This document shows, piece by piece, positions 45,918-60,600 of a DNA stretch of 64,000 nucleotides. Both the position numbers and the translations under genes were made by a program. The notes beneath the pieces are model-generated. The model saw only the letters and a program-made list of their open reading frames with translations, had not been told where the DNA came from and did no database searches. How positions within the stretch are numbered: position 1 is the first letter of the stretch; every line of letters starts with the position of its first letter. This stretch comes from Tubiluchus corallicola (lineage: Eukaryota > Animalia > Priapulida): assembly GCA_030141605.1 (NCBI GenBank), contig JAQGDQ010000026.1, forward strand, positions 496,001-560,000. Reading direction: 5' to 3'.

Positions 45918-45993
45918 CAACAACAACGACGACGACGACGACAACAACAACAACAACAAAAACAACAACAACGACAACAAAAACAACAACAAC
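45775..45993. repeat. Compound (CAG)/(CCG)/(CAA)/(CGA) microsatellite
   Basis: Visible in the sequence. Confidence 0.9.
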
Positions 45994-47803
45994 ATTATAT
46001 ACAGGACGAAGAACGTTCAGAAAAATTACTATCACTTAAAAATTTTCCAGTTCAGAGGTGCTGAGCTCTGACACAAAAGCCTACTGTGGCAAAATAATTA
46101 TAACGACCATAATGTGAGGCCGGTTACACATAAACAGTTCTGAAATTGTAGAAATATATTTAAAAAACTGATTTAAAGTTCGTATAAAGAAATGCACGAG
46201 AAAGCTACACGCATAAGATGCTTACTTATAATCGATGTACATCGTGAACAGTGTAATACACTAACTTAGATAGCAAAAGGTGGAATTCTGTCCCTGATTT
46301 TCAGATACTTTATTAAAAAACGGCAACTTTGAGAATCAATGTATATTGACAAATGTACTAGGTGTAATTTTTAGATATAAACCAGCCCGACTCCAACAAG
46401 CGCTCAGCTGCAAGACCATTAACATTATAATGACTAAAATTAAAAAAATAGTCCCTTTTCCGAGTCAACACGGCGTAAATGTAATTCACGTACATTAGGT
46501 TGGAACATGGCGATTGCTTACTGTGTTCGTCTAGGAAATCTGTCAGCGACCGTACCCGATGCTGACTATTATTCGTTTTCGTAAAACTTTTGATGGTTAT
46601 AGACTATTTATAGACCTTTTGATGGTTAATAAGACGATTTTTACAGACGCAAAATAAATAAACTTATAAGTTTATTCTCCGCTCATTTGTACTGATCGCT
46701 TCCCCCAATTCAGGTTCTTCTATCACCTGTCTTAGTTCTAATATCACACAAACCAATTCATAAACTATATGCTTGTAGGTTTGGCTGTACGGCCCTGTTA
46801 GACACATAGGAGTCACACTTGGATTTTATTGGCAACTGAACCATTTTTTGCCAAGTAAATAATTTTTTTTAAATCTGATTAACACTATAGATATTCAAAA
46901 GTTCAAATGTATTCTGCAAGAATTAAGACATGTAACTTTTGAGGCGGTGAAATCAAACGGATGTTTTTAGTCTGATCATTGATTCGATTTAATAGTGAGC
47001 ACAAAATAGTATTGTGCATTTTAAAGTTTCACTGAGCTTAATTTCTGGTAGGTATGTTAAGTATGTGACTAAATGCGGTTCAACCTTGTAATCATGCATG
47101 AAATCTAAATACGTTTTACATAAATTTCAGGATGAACAAAATACGTTTTCATATTGTTATTTTGATTATTAGTTCAAAACATTTTGACAGGAGGTGGCGT
47201 CGTTGAGTGTATAACACAAGCTTTTGTGCTAGGAACGCAGGAAGCTGAATATTATCATAATTACTTTATTCATCGACTGGGAGCTTTGACAACGTGAATT
47301 TAGTGCAGCACAAATATACGCTCTAATGCTGCCATGCAGGCTATCGATGGTAATTTTTTACGTACTAAATGGTAATTTACTAAAGACGTAAAATCTTAGG
47401 CCCACAACTCACTCAAACACTATATAGGCCTAATTGCAAATACAGCATGTGTACATAATAATACAAATTTCACTGCACACTGCTAACCGAATTAAACCAA
47501 TGGGTAACATGAAACATCTAATCGATAATTTAAATTATACGATCCTTCATGTATCAATAAAATATATATCCAAAACTTTGCACCGCATTTTTGCTTTAAT
47601 TCAACTGAATGTTTCCCTCGAGTTTATAACACCTGTTATGTTGTTTGATCTTACTGTAAAGCGCTCTTTAATAAAAATTTAAAACACTTAAACAACCTCC
47701 TTTAATTTCACATCACTAAAAATGTACAGTTTTTGAACACAGACAAGATTACTAAACATCAATCAATAACACTGATAATATAATTGGCAGTAGGCGTTGG
47801 GTA

Positions 47804-47844
47804 ATGATGATGATGATGATGACGACGACGACGACGACGATGAT
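47804..47844. repeat. (GAT)n(GAC)n microsatellite
   Basis: Visible in the sequence. Confidence 0.9.
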
Positions 47845-50611
47845 GCGTGAATTTATTTATATTAACTAATAATCTTAAGGTTGGCTTGAAAAACTGGAAT
47901 ACGCATTTGTTATTTTAGTACCTAAATAACAAGTTCTACTGCTTATATTATTCCTCATCTTTGTTATTCAGTGATATGATCATTCCAGTTACTACGCCTG
48001 AAGCAACAGGGGTTAGGATTGGTGAGTCTAATGTATAATACATAATAAGCTTATCAATCGCGGCGGTCGTATCTGAATCAGCCCTCTGCATTCTGTGCTG
48101 CATGCACTGACGAGTAAGTTTTGATACATGGGAAACAAGATATTTTGTATACCTGTCATAGACGATAAATTTGTAACCAGTTTTCAAACCCAGGGTTACC
48201 TACGTAAACAACAATGCATTAAATATTTCCATGCTTTGATTAATATTTAAAAGCCGTCAACAAGTGGCATTGTCAGCGAGTTGTGTCCTCCTCCTTATGA
48301 ATGATGCGTTTTATTTTGGAAAAAAGGCCGATGATGGTGCCCATTCTTATTATTGCGACTCATATTTTGATTGCGATGACGTCTACCTTTGTGAGTTCTG
48401 TCATATGCTTTCTTTCTTGTGTTTGTATAAAATATTTACTCTTGTTTGCTGATGTTATAATCAAACAATAGTGGTCCTAGCTTTGTACCTTGATGCATAC
48501 CCACGGAATAATCCACCCCCGGCAAAATCACTCAAGTCTGTTAAATACATGCAAGCAGATGCCTAATTGGCCGGCTGCAAAAACTCATGAATGGAACCTG
48601 TTGATTTCAGCACACATGTTAAGCAATTACCTACTTCCTGAATGCAAATGGATTGCCAGACGAGATTTTTCTGCATGGTGCTGAACGCTGAAATCGAGAC
48701 GATATTACATTGCGATAGAAACCTTTGACACCTGTGTAATTGCACAATGTTCTGCCACGAATCCATAAACTCTTTCTTGAATTAACGAAACAAAGGTGTT
48801 GCTCCTAATGCATCTTTAATTATCTTAGTAGAGAACGTAGACCTAATCTCTCATGAGACCTGGAGAAGTAACGATTGTATTTAAAGTATATTACGTGAAG
48901 TCAAAGCAGAACTGTTATAACAATAGTAGGCTAATCATGTTACGATAAAAACACTAACACAAATAATCATACGAAAATAAGAAAACACGTATTTCATGCA
49001 AATACACATAAAAACACAAATACAACTTTTAAAATAAAACACTGCAAAGTTTTCTCAGGCATAGTCGAAATTACCGCAAGCCTTTAATTTTGATATTAAG
49101 ATTACGTTACATAATTAAGATGAGGGTTCAAAATTTAACGATTGTCTCAGAAAACAAAAGCAAGAATTCAGCAATGTCAACGAGCAACATCGAGCATTTA
49201 AGGATAAAAGTTCTGACCTGACTAGTTAAGATAAGATAAGATTTATTAGATTTATTTTGAGTCCATAAAAGTATATTAGACATGAACAATTAAAGCTCTT
49301 GATCGACTACAAATGCTAGTCGAATTAGGATCTTTAATGAATACATTGTTAGTTTTCTAATATACATGTATTCTACGGATCATATAGTTTTCTTAACAGG
49401 CTTTATCAGTGAACAAGACCCTCATGTAAATCAGTGCCAAAGGCGTTACTGTTTTATTCTTTCGAATTGCGCAGCTTCGCGCGGGAGTCCGTAATATTGG
49501 GCCAAACTTAGCAAATTTAAACTAGAACCAACAGTGTCTTTGACGTGGGCCATGTGGCGGACAGTTCATACGCCCACGTTGATTCATAATTGAACAAGGC
49601 TTGTAGTGATACTAAAGGTGACGATAAAGGTGAGATGTGAAAAGTTAAGCAACTCCAAGGCTGGTCATTAAATGGATAGGTGATTGCCAAGTTCAATATT
49701 TGCTGCACGTGCTTTTGTTCGCTGTACTGATTCTGGCTGTTTACCTTTGTAAGAGAGCATATAGTGGCAGACTAAGATACATCAGCGGGTTCCGTGTCCT
49801 ATCTGATTATGTTGATTATGAGTGAGATTCTGGTCCCGCCACAATCGCTAAAATTATGTAGACAGCCAGCGATGATGCATTCTGGCTTGTGTGGCGAATT
49901 TTACAAAATTTTAATTTATAAAGCACCTGATAAGAAGTTTTAACGACTCCACCATATTGCAATTGTGCAAATTGCTATGTCACAAATGCCAAACATTATA
50001 GTTGAACTTTAGTATTTCTAAAATTGCCATTAGCGCACGTACAAATGTGATATCGTTTAAGCATAAGAATTCTACGATGTGTAAACGGTGTTGCATATAT
50101 GTAGGCATTAACCTGGCTTGTACCATATTTTTGTTTCAAAATCCGTCTGTATATAAGACACAAGAACAGACAATAAAATAAAAATTTCGTCTGCATCTTA
50201 TAATTCTGCAATGCATTTTTAGTCTATAATTTGTCAATACGTATGACAGCTCACGCTGGCGTTTTACTATTTCATGAGCTATAAAATTTAACACAGTGAC
50301 ATAAAAAGTAAAAGTTTACACGTCTTTAAATATCATATCGTCATAGAGGCAGCAGTTCTTTAGCGCGCTCTTCTTTCTTCGTCTGTGTCATAAAATTTAG
50401 TATTACCCGCACGTCAAACGCTTCTCTTTTTCATGCTAAATTTTTGCTTCTTTATGGCGTATGACCTCCGGGCAAAAATTCGTGCACAAAGTTTTTTTAT
50501 AACGAAGAAAGGTAAAACTCTAGTTGCCAGAGAGTTGCGTAGTTTACAAAGAAGACGAAATTGTAAAAACGTCCTTCGTTGAAGAAACATACAAGAAAAA
50601 AATTAGATTTA

Positions 50612-50737
50612 TATTATCCTATCCTATCCGATCCCCTCTTATCTTATCCTGGCCTATCCTATCCGACCTCATCCAATCCAATCCGATCCTATGTTATCCT
50701 ATCCTATCCTATTTTATTCTATCTTATCTTAGCTTAT
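50612..50737. repeat. Degenerate (ATCCT)n pentamer repeat
   Basis: Visible in the sequence. Confidence 0.85.
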
Positions 50738-50965
50738 CAAATAATTTATTTGAGGAATGATTTGCCCACCAAATGTTACATTACGTACTATGTAATCTGT
50801 TATAATGCGTTTCCATTTTGATTTTACACTTAATTGATTTCTATTGTTAAGATAACAGACATACTTCAAACTTCAAAGCAGTTAAGCATTTTTCATCATG
50901 AGAAATTCGTGTCAGTGATTTTCAAATACGATCTTCGCTACTATAAATCGGACTATAAATCGGAA

Positions 50966-51012
50966 CAAACTATAGGGGGCGACCAACACACAAAAGTACG
51001 CACGCACGCACG

Positions 51013-51043
<31 letters not shown>

Positions 51044-51069
51044 ACATACACATCGCCCCCTATAGTTTG
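50966..51069. repeat. Perfect 17-bp inverted repeat enclosing a (CA)n tract
   Basis: CAAACTATAGGGGGCGA (50966-50982) / TCGCCCCCTATAGTTTG (51053-51069). Confidence 0.85.
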
Positions 51070-54000
51070 ACATATAAAAAATATATCGCATTTCCCTGGT
51101 ACCACCCCCATCTTTGAACACCCCCACACATATCAACTCGAAGAATTTCACGACCTCACTGAAACTTTCATTTTCCTCCTGATCATCATGATCATATAAG
51201 CCCTTGGCCTGGCTGACAGACAGACATTATAAGACCTATAGGCAAACTATTAACAGTAATCACTGATTGTTTTCCAACGCTTCAATGCCCCCGGGAAATT
51301 CTTTACTGAAAAGAGAAGTCGAAATTGGTTTGCAGAAGCGAAATCTCATTTGGCTGAACATGCAAAGAGTTTGTTTGGCGTGTTTAGTTTTATCCAAGCT
51401 TTCAGTTTTCTGTACGCAGGTGCGAGTTTTCACTGGGCAGCTGGCTGTGTTAATTACCGTGTATAGGTAAATTTAATCACAATACGTGACCATGAAAAAG
51501 TAAATTGTGGCTGCCAGGTTTTCCTATAGAGTACAGAATTTAATCATATTTGAGATGGACGAGAAAGCCACGAGCGAACCTTAAAGAATGTTTACCTCAC
51601 ACAAGAACTTTAACTAAGACACTTTTCATGGGGTAGCTAAAAAAGCTCTGAAAGTACGCAGTCATAAAAATGCGTAAAAGTTGAAAAAAATCAAAATTAT
51701 ACTTTTTTCACAAAAACGTAAGTTCGTCACCTCGTTTCATGTTTAACTTCGTGGAACTTCCATCTGTAAGAGTAGGTAGGTAAAATACCAACATACTATA
51801 AAACAATAAGACGTGTTGTAAAAAGTACAAAATTATAGAGCAGCAAAATAAGAGCATGTACGTAGGGATAAATTTACGTAACTACTTCAGTTACCATGCA
51901 CTTTTACATTAAGCTTTTATAATTCCATTTATGCTAAGCAAAAAGTCAACCTGTCAGGAACTAAGGAAAGAGAAACACACCATTAGGAGTAAAAATTTGT
52001 AAATGCTCTTCTATCACCGATCGTACGCGCCACATTATTCTACACCACGTTGTCATACTATACAATTGGACACGTGGGGTCTAGTTCAGGATCCAAAATG
52101 TGACCTACAATGATATTACCTAGGAGTTTTTCGTAACAAGTATATGTATATTTGTATCGCAGTAATTTGAAATATGTTGTGTGCCGAAAAATGCAAGTTT
52201 TATAATAGCTACTGTGGCTGGAACCTGACTATAGAATGAGAAAGTAGCAGGTAAAAGTTTAGCAAGTTAACTATTTTTTAATCACAGTCAGACATGTGAG
52301 ATTTCCAACAAAACTACAAATACGAAAAAAAGGCAAAAGTATAGAACCTGCAGGTAAACAACACCATTTCAGAAAGACCATCATTAGTAAACAGAAAAGA
52401 GAGACCTGCTTTTAGTGTATAAATTTGTTCTTTATCTAGCATTCATCTTTTTAAATTTGGGCCTTGTACAATAATGGATCCACAGCATGCTCACAAATTA
52501 CACTAAACTCGCCCAATTTGGGTGGCCAAAAATATCGGAATTAAAATAGCGTAAACTCATTTAGGTCGACCCAATTTTACTTCGTTTTCACAAAGGCAAT
52601 TCATACAACAGCAGTATAATATTATAGCCATTCTTATGGTAAACTTTTGAATACAATGTCAGAATAAACAGAATGACATGAGTGAATGGGTGTATGTTTA
52701 CCCGTGTTTTACATTGAATTTAACTCAAGCTCATTCGAACCGCTGAATAATTTCTTTACGCGTATACGACGAAATCGTTTTTTAACAAAGTGGGAACAAA
52801 GCGGAAGGAATGCTGGAAAATTATGAATGTGACTATGATTCACAAAAATTGTGGTAAAAGCACATATTCAACATAACTTTCCCTAAACCTTTTTTCTAGT
52901 CTTCCATGAAAACTTTCTCAGAAAGACGACGTTAAACAGCACTATATAAAGTTGAGAAATCAAAACTCCGCTGCAATTTAGGAACAGTTTGAAACTCTTC
53001 CTACTTCCAAGCATTTAGCATTCCCTAGTTTTAAGACTGTGGTCAGCTATTCGTCTGATTGAAAAATTGCAGCTCTGTGAAGCTTCCTACAGGTACCTGA
53101 GTATTCACTGTGGAATTACCAAACATAAGTGCCCTCAATCTGCGCTGTAGTTTGTGGGAATGTTAGGATACCATGCTGCTTCTTTTACTCCATCAATTAC
53201 AGAAAAGCTTATTCCGTGTGTAACATCTACATTGCTGCAAACTTGAATAATGGTTACCTGTTTTCTTCTACTTAGCAGGTATAAGAGTGGAAGGAAAGCA
53301 AAATATTATGCTATTCTGCCTGGTAAACGCCATAAGAGAGGCGTTGTTTGTCCCCCTTCTATGTGCTTTCCTTCACACGTTTAACATCTGCAGAATGGAT
53401 TGGACTGGATGCATTTAGGCCTCTTTGTTATGTAAACAATGTATAAGCTATAGCGCATACCTATTATACATGGCATTAATCTTGCCCTATATATTATGTG
53501 TGAGGGTATTTTCACTTGTAATAACTCTGCTGATAGAAATCTGCACTTTATACCTACGAGAAAGGCTTAGAAAGGTAATGCCGTTTAAAGATTCGACAGA
53601 CGTTTAATTCTTTTGAATCCATACATTAATTATCTGAGCTAAGTCACATGCAATTAACATTCATTGATATCCATCTTATATTTTATATGACCGTCACTCA
53701 TCATTAATTCACATGTTGCTTAAAGAAAAAAATGTCTGTTAAATCAATTAAAAATCACTTTTGGTTAAAAAAGATATCATCGTGTAGCTTACTTTGATTA
53801 TATCATACCTAGACCTACAATAAAATTTAAACTGCCCAGCAACTGTTTTTCTCATTACATTAATTAGTGCGATATTATGGAATTTGAACTCTCTTCACAC
53901 AACTTTCGTTTTTGCCAGTTTTTCAGAACGAGCTCATATATAAAACTTATCTACTTTTCCAGTAAAATTGTTGTAACACGTGTGTACAGTGCGAGATTTT

Positions 54001-55921
54001 AGCATTCATATTTATAAGAAAAACTGGAATGAGTTATTTACTTTCAAAAAATGATCGTTTATTTTTGAACCACAAATTTCCCTCATTAAATACGCGTCAA
54101 AAAAGTTCTTTCTTAACTTTGTAAATCAAAATTAATTATACGCTGAACTGTTACATCTTCTTGAAAGCGAATTTAGGTAAACATTATGATGGTACAATAT
54201 AAAGACTACATTGGACTGCTTAATCATGTATTAGTAATACACGTATAAACACTTAAAACCGGTTATTGTAGAATTTACTAGATTTGCTGAGGCATTATGA
54301 ACATAATTATTCATTCTTGTCTCGCAACTATACACGTTTCAAATATTTAGGATCTAAATTTTGAACAGAACAGCTCGCGGTGTGTTAAAAAGACAAAGAA
54401 ACCCAACATACATGACGGGAAAATCTGCATCTGTCATAAAAATCGACATTAGTCTAATTTGTGTCTACAGCTAATTTGTGGCCACGAGTTTTCCTTGATA
54501 CTTTTCATGGGTTACCCTTTCTCGGCCTTTTTGTCGTTAAACGTATTGACCGTCGAACAAATAGACGAAGCCAGAGCACAAACATGTCAATACGTCATTC
54601 TCTGTAACCCAGATATCGGATTGTCCTTCCTGGAACGGTTCCAGGATGTAGAAATGACGCTGCGGAGTAACTTTAGATGATTAGGTAATCCCTGCGGATC
54701 CCTTTTCTAGTATAAAAGAAAGCCTGGTTTGCATCTCTCACAGAGACATTATTATAATGTTATTATTCTGAGTTGTTGTTAGTGTTGTGTTCTCAGCTCA
54801 TGTAGTCACATAATGAACTAAAGAAATCAAGTGTGTAAAAAGTTATCAGAGGACAGGAGCACATGTCTCACGCCTTTGTTGATGTACAGCAATGTAATTT
54901 TACTCACATTGTAATGATTAATAGAAAATCACTTATATCTGAGCCTACTAAACCTGTACCAGACCGTGTGCTAAGAGTGCCAAGAGGAAAAAAGACATTT
55001 CTGCATGTTAAGGGGAAAGAGGAAAGAGTTCTTATTTGTAGGCCAAACCTTTTATTTGTAATAATATTAATCCCTGTATAATAATTCCGGTTTAACAATA
55101 TACCATAATAGCAAAACACGACAAAATTATAACAAACAGATACGCATAAACAAAACAATACGTTGGTGCATTTTGAGAAAAGAAATGGCTCAGCCAAATT
55201 TCTTAATAAGCGGGTTTCTTGATCATTCTTTTATAAAAGCTTCTTTCAACACTAACTCATGTTACTAGTGATACAATACAATGATAATCACTGAACAAAA
55301 AGAATTAACAGAGATGATCAATCAGTGTTAGTCATTAAAAGCTTACACTGCTAAAGGCAGCTTACAATCTAAACTACTGTGAAAAGAGTAGAAACGAAAA
55401 TTAATGACGAAGTAAAACGTATTTACAAATATTAAAAAGAATTAGTAAATATGACTAACAATGGCAAACTTGATAGAAAGAGATTGAGTCTATGTCTCAG
55501 CAGTCTATGTCTCAGATTTTTCTTTTAAATTTTTATTAGCTGCTTTTGGTTATAAGTTGTAAATCAAAGTTGAAACCATCGCACGACTCAGACTAGAGTA
55601 ATAAATACAATAATAACTATACAAATGTGCTTTTTGTCGAGGCCGTCCTCTCCTATTACGTAATGAATTAACAATATATAATATTATCCGACATTTAAAA
55701 ATCTCCCAATTTAAAACAAGACGTCAGGGCAATAGTAATTACCGTTCTCAATTGCACGGAAAAAAAATAAAATGTTCTGGAAAATTATTGTGTTATGTAA
55801 ATTAAAGTTAGAATGCAAAAACGTCTTACTTTAAAAAATACATTTTACACTATAGATTACTACAATAGATACTAATTTGAGGCCGCAGCCGCAGCTTCAT
55901 GTTACTCAAATTCTGTATCGC

Positions 55922-55923
<2 letters not shown>

Positions 55924-55977
<54 letters not shown>
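55924..55977. repeat. (GT)n microsatellite
   Basis: About 27 perfect units. Confidence 0.95.
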
Positions 55978-55978
<1 letters not shown>

Positions 55979-57221
55979 CTGGTCAGACAACGAAGGCTGG
56001 TAATGAATGCATGATGTACGTGATTTCTAATGTGCATAGGTCTATCTAAGTAATTCACACTACACGGGTATAGCATCACGCTGAATTTGTATATTATTAA
56101 CATGCATATTTGCTTCAGTTTTCCTGTTTCATTAATGGAACAAACGCCGTCTAAAAAGCAAGAGTTATGCCGTTTAAATACTTTTATCAAAGGTTATCTG
56201 GCCATCTTTCTCTTGTCACAAGCTTAGCATTCCACGACATTATAAAGTTTGGCAGAAACTTAATTAGACAGGCGCGGCTTATCAGCGCTATCGTGTTAAT
56301 ACACTTTCAGTTTAATTCAAATCAAGCACATGCGTTGCAACAGCAATAACAGCTGTAGAGTGTTCAACTTTAAACTACCTGCAAGGTAGACCTTCTGACC
56401 TTATATAATATTATAAACATATAAGCATATGCAAAAAACTGCTAGGGCACAAGTGTAGATGAAATCAAAACTCTTAATGGCATAACAAAAGTTATTTTGC
56501 TATAACACAATTAATGCACACAATTCCAAGTTAGCATAATTAACATTTGTGTAATTTTAGTGTGTAATTTACTTATTAAAATAGTCTCTTAATTTTACTA
56601 ACTGCATGGACCATTATGGAAATATTGTCTACATACAATTTTAATGTACCCGTGTAAAAAAATAAATTTCTATTATCTATCTATCTAAATTTGGTAAATG
56701 GCGTTTGATAGAGATAGCAATTATTATAATTTATTACACCCATCACCAGCGAAACACGTTAATGCGCGCGTGACTAAGACGTTTTCCTCTGGATTTAAGC
56801 AATTTTGTGGAAATTATGATTTAATAATGTATACTAAGCAGTGATTCACGCTGCAACGCAGACCTCGTTAAACAGAAAACACCAGAAATAACGAGGAGAA
56901 AACCCTGTGACAAACGTGGCGCTTCTTTTTGGCGTCACTAGCTTAATTTATTTATTAAAAATCTGAATCTAATGGAGCGCGCAATAACGTGTTTCATTGC
57001 CATAAATCTTTTTATAAAAATCGCATGAAATTAATCGCATCACCTTGGCGACAAAAAAGCAACACCGTACTACGTGACAAAAGTTCGTAGAAAAGCGGTA
57101 GAAGTTCATATATTCCGCACCTTACGTCTCAGTGCGAAATAAAACTGGGAAATGCAGTTTCTTTCTCATATAATGTTTACAAAATTATCAAGCAGTCAAT
57201 ATTGTAAACAAGCCAAAAAAT

Positions 57222-57606
57222 AAGCAAGCAAGCAAGTAAATTAACCAACCACCAACCAACTAACCGTTTGCCAAACCAGCCAGTCAGCCAGCGATTCAAC
57301 CCCTTCTCTCTCTCTCTCTTTCCGTCCCCCGTCCCTCCGTCTGTCTATCTATCGATATACCTATCTACTCCCTATCCACCTTACCTAACTACTTAAAAAC
57401 TGATCGACCTGCCTACCAACCATTAACCAACCACCAACCAACTAACCGTTTACCAACCAACCAGCCAGTCAGCGATTCAACCCAACCAACCAACAAAACA
57501 ATCAACCAACCAGCCAACCAACCAACAAACAAAACAAAACAAATCTCGCAAACAAACAAACACGCAAACAAACAACAAACAAATAAACAAACAAACAACA
57601 AACAAA
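57222..57606. repeat. (CCAA)/(CAAA) satellite with a duplicated ~60-bp block
   Basis: attaaccaaccaccaaccaactaaccgttt..cagcgattcaaccc at ~57240-57302 and ~57422-57483. Confidence 0.85.
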
Positions 57607-60600
57607 AGTGTGTCATTAAATTCAATGGACAAAAGTTATAATAATTATTTATAGGGATTAAGCTACTATTGTGGTCCTGTTAACCTCTATATCCTTCGGT
57701 TAAATCTCAAATCTATGGTTGTTTACGATTTCGGTTAGACCAGCAAACCGGATGCCGCACAGATTAAGAACTTCTGTTGTTAGCTTTGCCATTAATTACC
57801 TATCTTTATGTTTTTCCACCGTGCTGGCTAAGAGAAATGTCTCCATTCTATTGTTGGCTTAAAAGTTTTTGTCAGTTACTGGTTCTTAGGGAGCGTCTTC
57901 AGTGCGTGGCGTCCACTCACTTCACTTTGTTCAACCGTTTCTTTTACAACTCGTGCCCGTGGGGTGCGTCACGATGATTCTCCAATTTCACGGATCCAAG
58001 AGGATACTTGTATTTAAAATTCTCATTTCCCTAAGAGTAATAATTCGAGAGAGGATATACTATTATGGAATTCCGACTTGCCATCTTCACGTGTTTTAGA
58101 GAAAACGCCCCCTGGCGATCAGCTTTTCGCTTTGTGTTAGCACACAGTGGAGGTGCAGCTAATAAATAAATATAATAGACGTTTATAATAACAATATAAA
58201 TCAACCGAATGCCAACGCATGCGCAAAAGTAGGGCTCCTGTCAGGGGTCACGTCTCAGTCTGCAGAAAATTCGCAGATTTTTGCACCTCATCTATCAAAG
58301 ATCATAATTGTTACTTTGAAACTTCGTGGAAATGCTCATTATTATTCCATGCTTATTCGCTATTCGCCTCTTCAAACTGTAAACAGTTTTAGACTAAGCA
58401 ATTTTAGTAAATGTTAGTTGTTAAATCTGTTAATTTACTGAGCGCCGGCCCAAACAGATAGTAACTGGCTTACAAGTTACTGGGAATGAATTTGTACAAA
58501 ACTGACAGATTATTTTAAGCTGGGTAATTCGGGTTGGGGAAGTTTGAAATAATTGATGTACAAACGTGCGTAGCATAAACCATCATAGAACACCATTCGT
58601 CAGCCCCTTTTGATTTGCAGGCCTTGGACTAATACACGTTACACTAAGTGAGCACTGACTATATTCTCTAGTAGTCTATACTATGTTTATAAGCGCCTGA
58701 CGTTTACCATGGCGTTTTTGTAGCACTATTTTTCAAGCCGCTTCAACAGTTTTACGACACAGTTTAACAGCAGTACTATCTATCACTCACGAATATCAAT
58801 GGTTTCTTGATGGCTAGTTGGTCTCGGCATACAAATCTGTTTTTTCGGGAAATTGATAAAATTATTTTTGCAAAATAGTTATAATTTGGTTTTTGCTATG
58901 AATGTATCAGTGGTGCCTCAAATAACTAATAAAAATAGTTGCGATCAATACTGTCTATTTACTGGCGCAGGTCAGCCCCAGACCAGGCTTACAAAAATAT
59001 GTAATACATATATAAATTATAAAGTTTTTTCACATTATAGTTGACACTTATTTAGGTTTAGAACCAATGTTTGAGCTGTTATTATAAATCACGACGTTTC
59101 GTAGCTTTCATTAAATTAGCTTTAATTTTTTTAATTATAAACTACCGGTTCTCTCTTTCAATTTCCAGTGATCGCACCCGAAAAGTTACAACTGACAGAA
59201 AGCTTTGCTCGTGGGCGTTTCAAAACGCCCACAGCGTAAAAACGCCCCTTAGAACGCTCTCAGCGCTAACTCTGCCATGACCAGGGTTTATAAAGCTTGC
59301 CTATTTTCAGTATAAAGTTGTTTGTTGATACAACTCTGTGCCAATATTTTTCTACCAAACCTCCGGGTTTTTATTAGTCATTAGTAGCGCGGGATTCCTC
59401 GATGCTCATGTTATGCGCAAATGTCTATTGTTATGGCTCCGTCAGGAGTGTAGTCATTGTTTTCAGTTTTTCAAGCACATCTTTCTACGCATGCACGAAG
59501 TTTATAAATATTTGCGTGGCTCAGTGAAGTCTATTTTCTCCGCTCCCTGCACCTCCTTAACCTGTTCTATCAAACAAGTAGAATAAACAGCTTGGTCAAC
59601 GAAAACTCATTTCTCTGTAGTAAAAACATCATAACAGTTTACCTTTTTCCTGAACTTATTGTGTAATACATGGTTGAAGAAACTCTAGTGAAGCCATGTA
59701 CATAATGTGAATCTATTTAAAACTGTTTATACTGTAAGTACATGTAATTAAAGCGTTGGCAAGGTATTTGCGTGAATGAATTTCAAGAGTTTAAAATACT
59801 CAACTTCACGTCATCATAGTTCGCATTTGCGTTTTGACAAGATTTTTATGTGTAACATTTACCACAGTATATATTTTCGTTTTTCATTCGACTCAGTAAT
59901 ATTATATTGATAATTGACATAATAAATTACAAATCAAAAATATTATGTAAACAAACTTAACAATTTTGCGCATGGACTAAAACATATCTAAATGTAGTAA
60001 ACGCTATAATAAATTTAATAAATCAGGCTAAACGTTGGTTAGCAATTAACTTTTTTCTCTGTAGTTGGCGAGCAAACACCTTAAAGGAATCTGTTTGCGT
60101 AATTAGTACGTTTTTCTGGCAAATTTATGCCATGTTTTATAAACAAATGTTATAGGAATCTGATTCACCCCCTCACGTTTTGCAAGACCATTAAACCGCT
60201 GCTGGTTTAGTGGTTTAGTAATCTTACGGCGAATCCATTCCCATGAACGTGGCGTAATCTTGAAATCGCTGAGTAATCTCGAAATAAATTGCATAGCGTT
60301 TTATCGAACAGGTTGAGTATATTGAATTAGATATTTGTCACAAAAACTAGTCGCGTACAGATTTGTATTAAGGAAGAAGGGATAAGCTGTAATGGAGAGT
60401 TAGGTCAGCCGTGATGTCACCCAAGCAATGTAGTAGTGACTCACTCAAACAAACACTTTTCAGTTTTACTAAACGCGGGCTTGCAAATGCCGTTTATTAG
60501 CTGTGCTGGCTCGATTTACTAAACATAGCACTACATGGAAATTCATGACCCAACTTTCCATTCAATAGAGACTCGCGTCAGTTATACTGTAAACTATAAA

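Noticed and set aside
45737-46035. Apparent polyQ/polyA/polyP transcription-factor exon after a strong acceptor (~45736)
   Set aside because: All three + frames hit a stop within ~40 nt of the acceptor; it is a compound microsatellite.
59211-59232. GTGGGCGTTT-CA-AAACGCCCAC hairpin as a Helitron 3' end
   Set aside because: No CTRR terminus at the expected distance on either strand.
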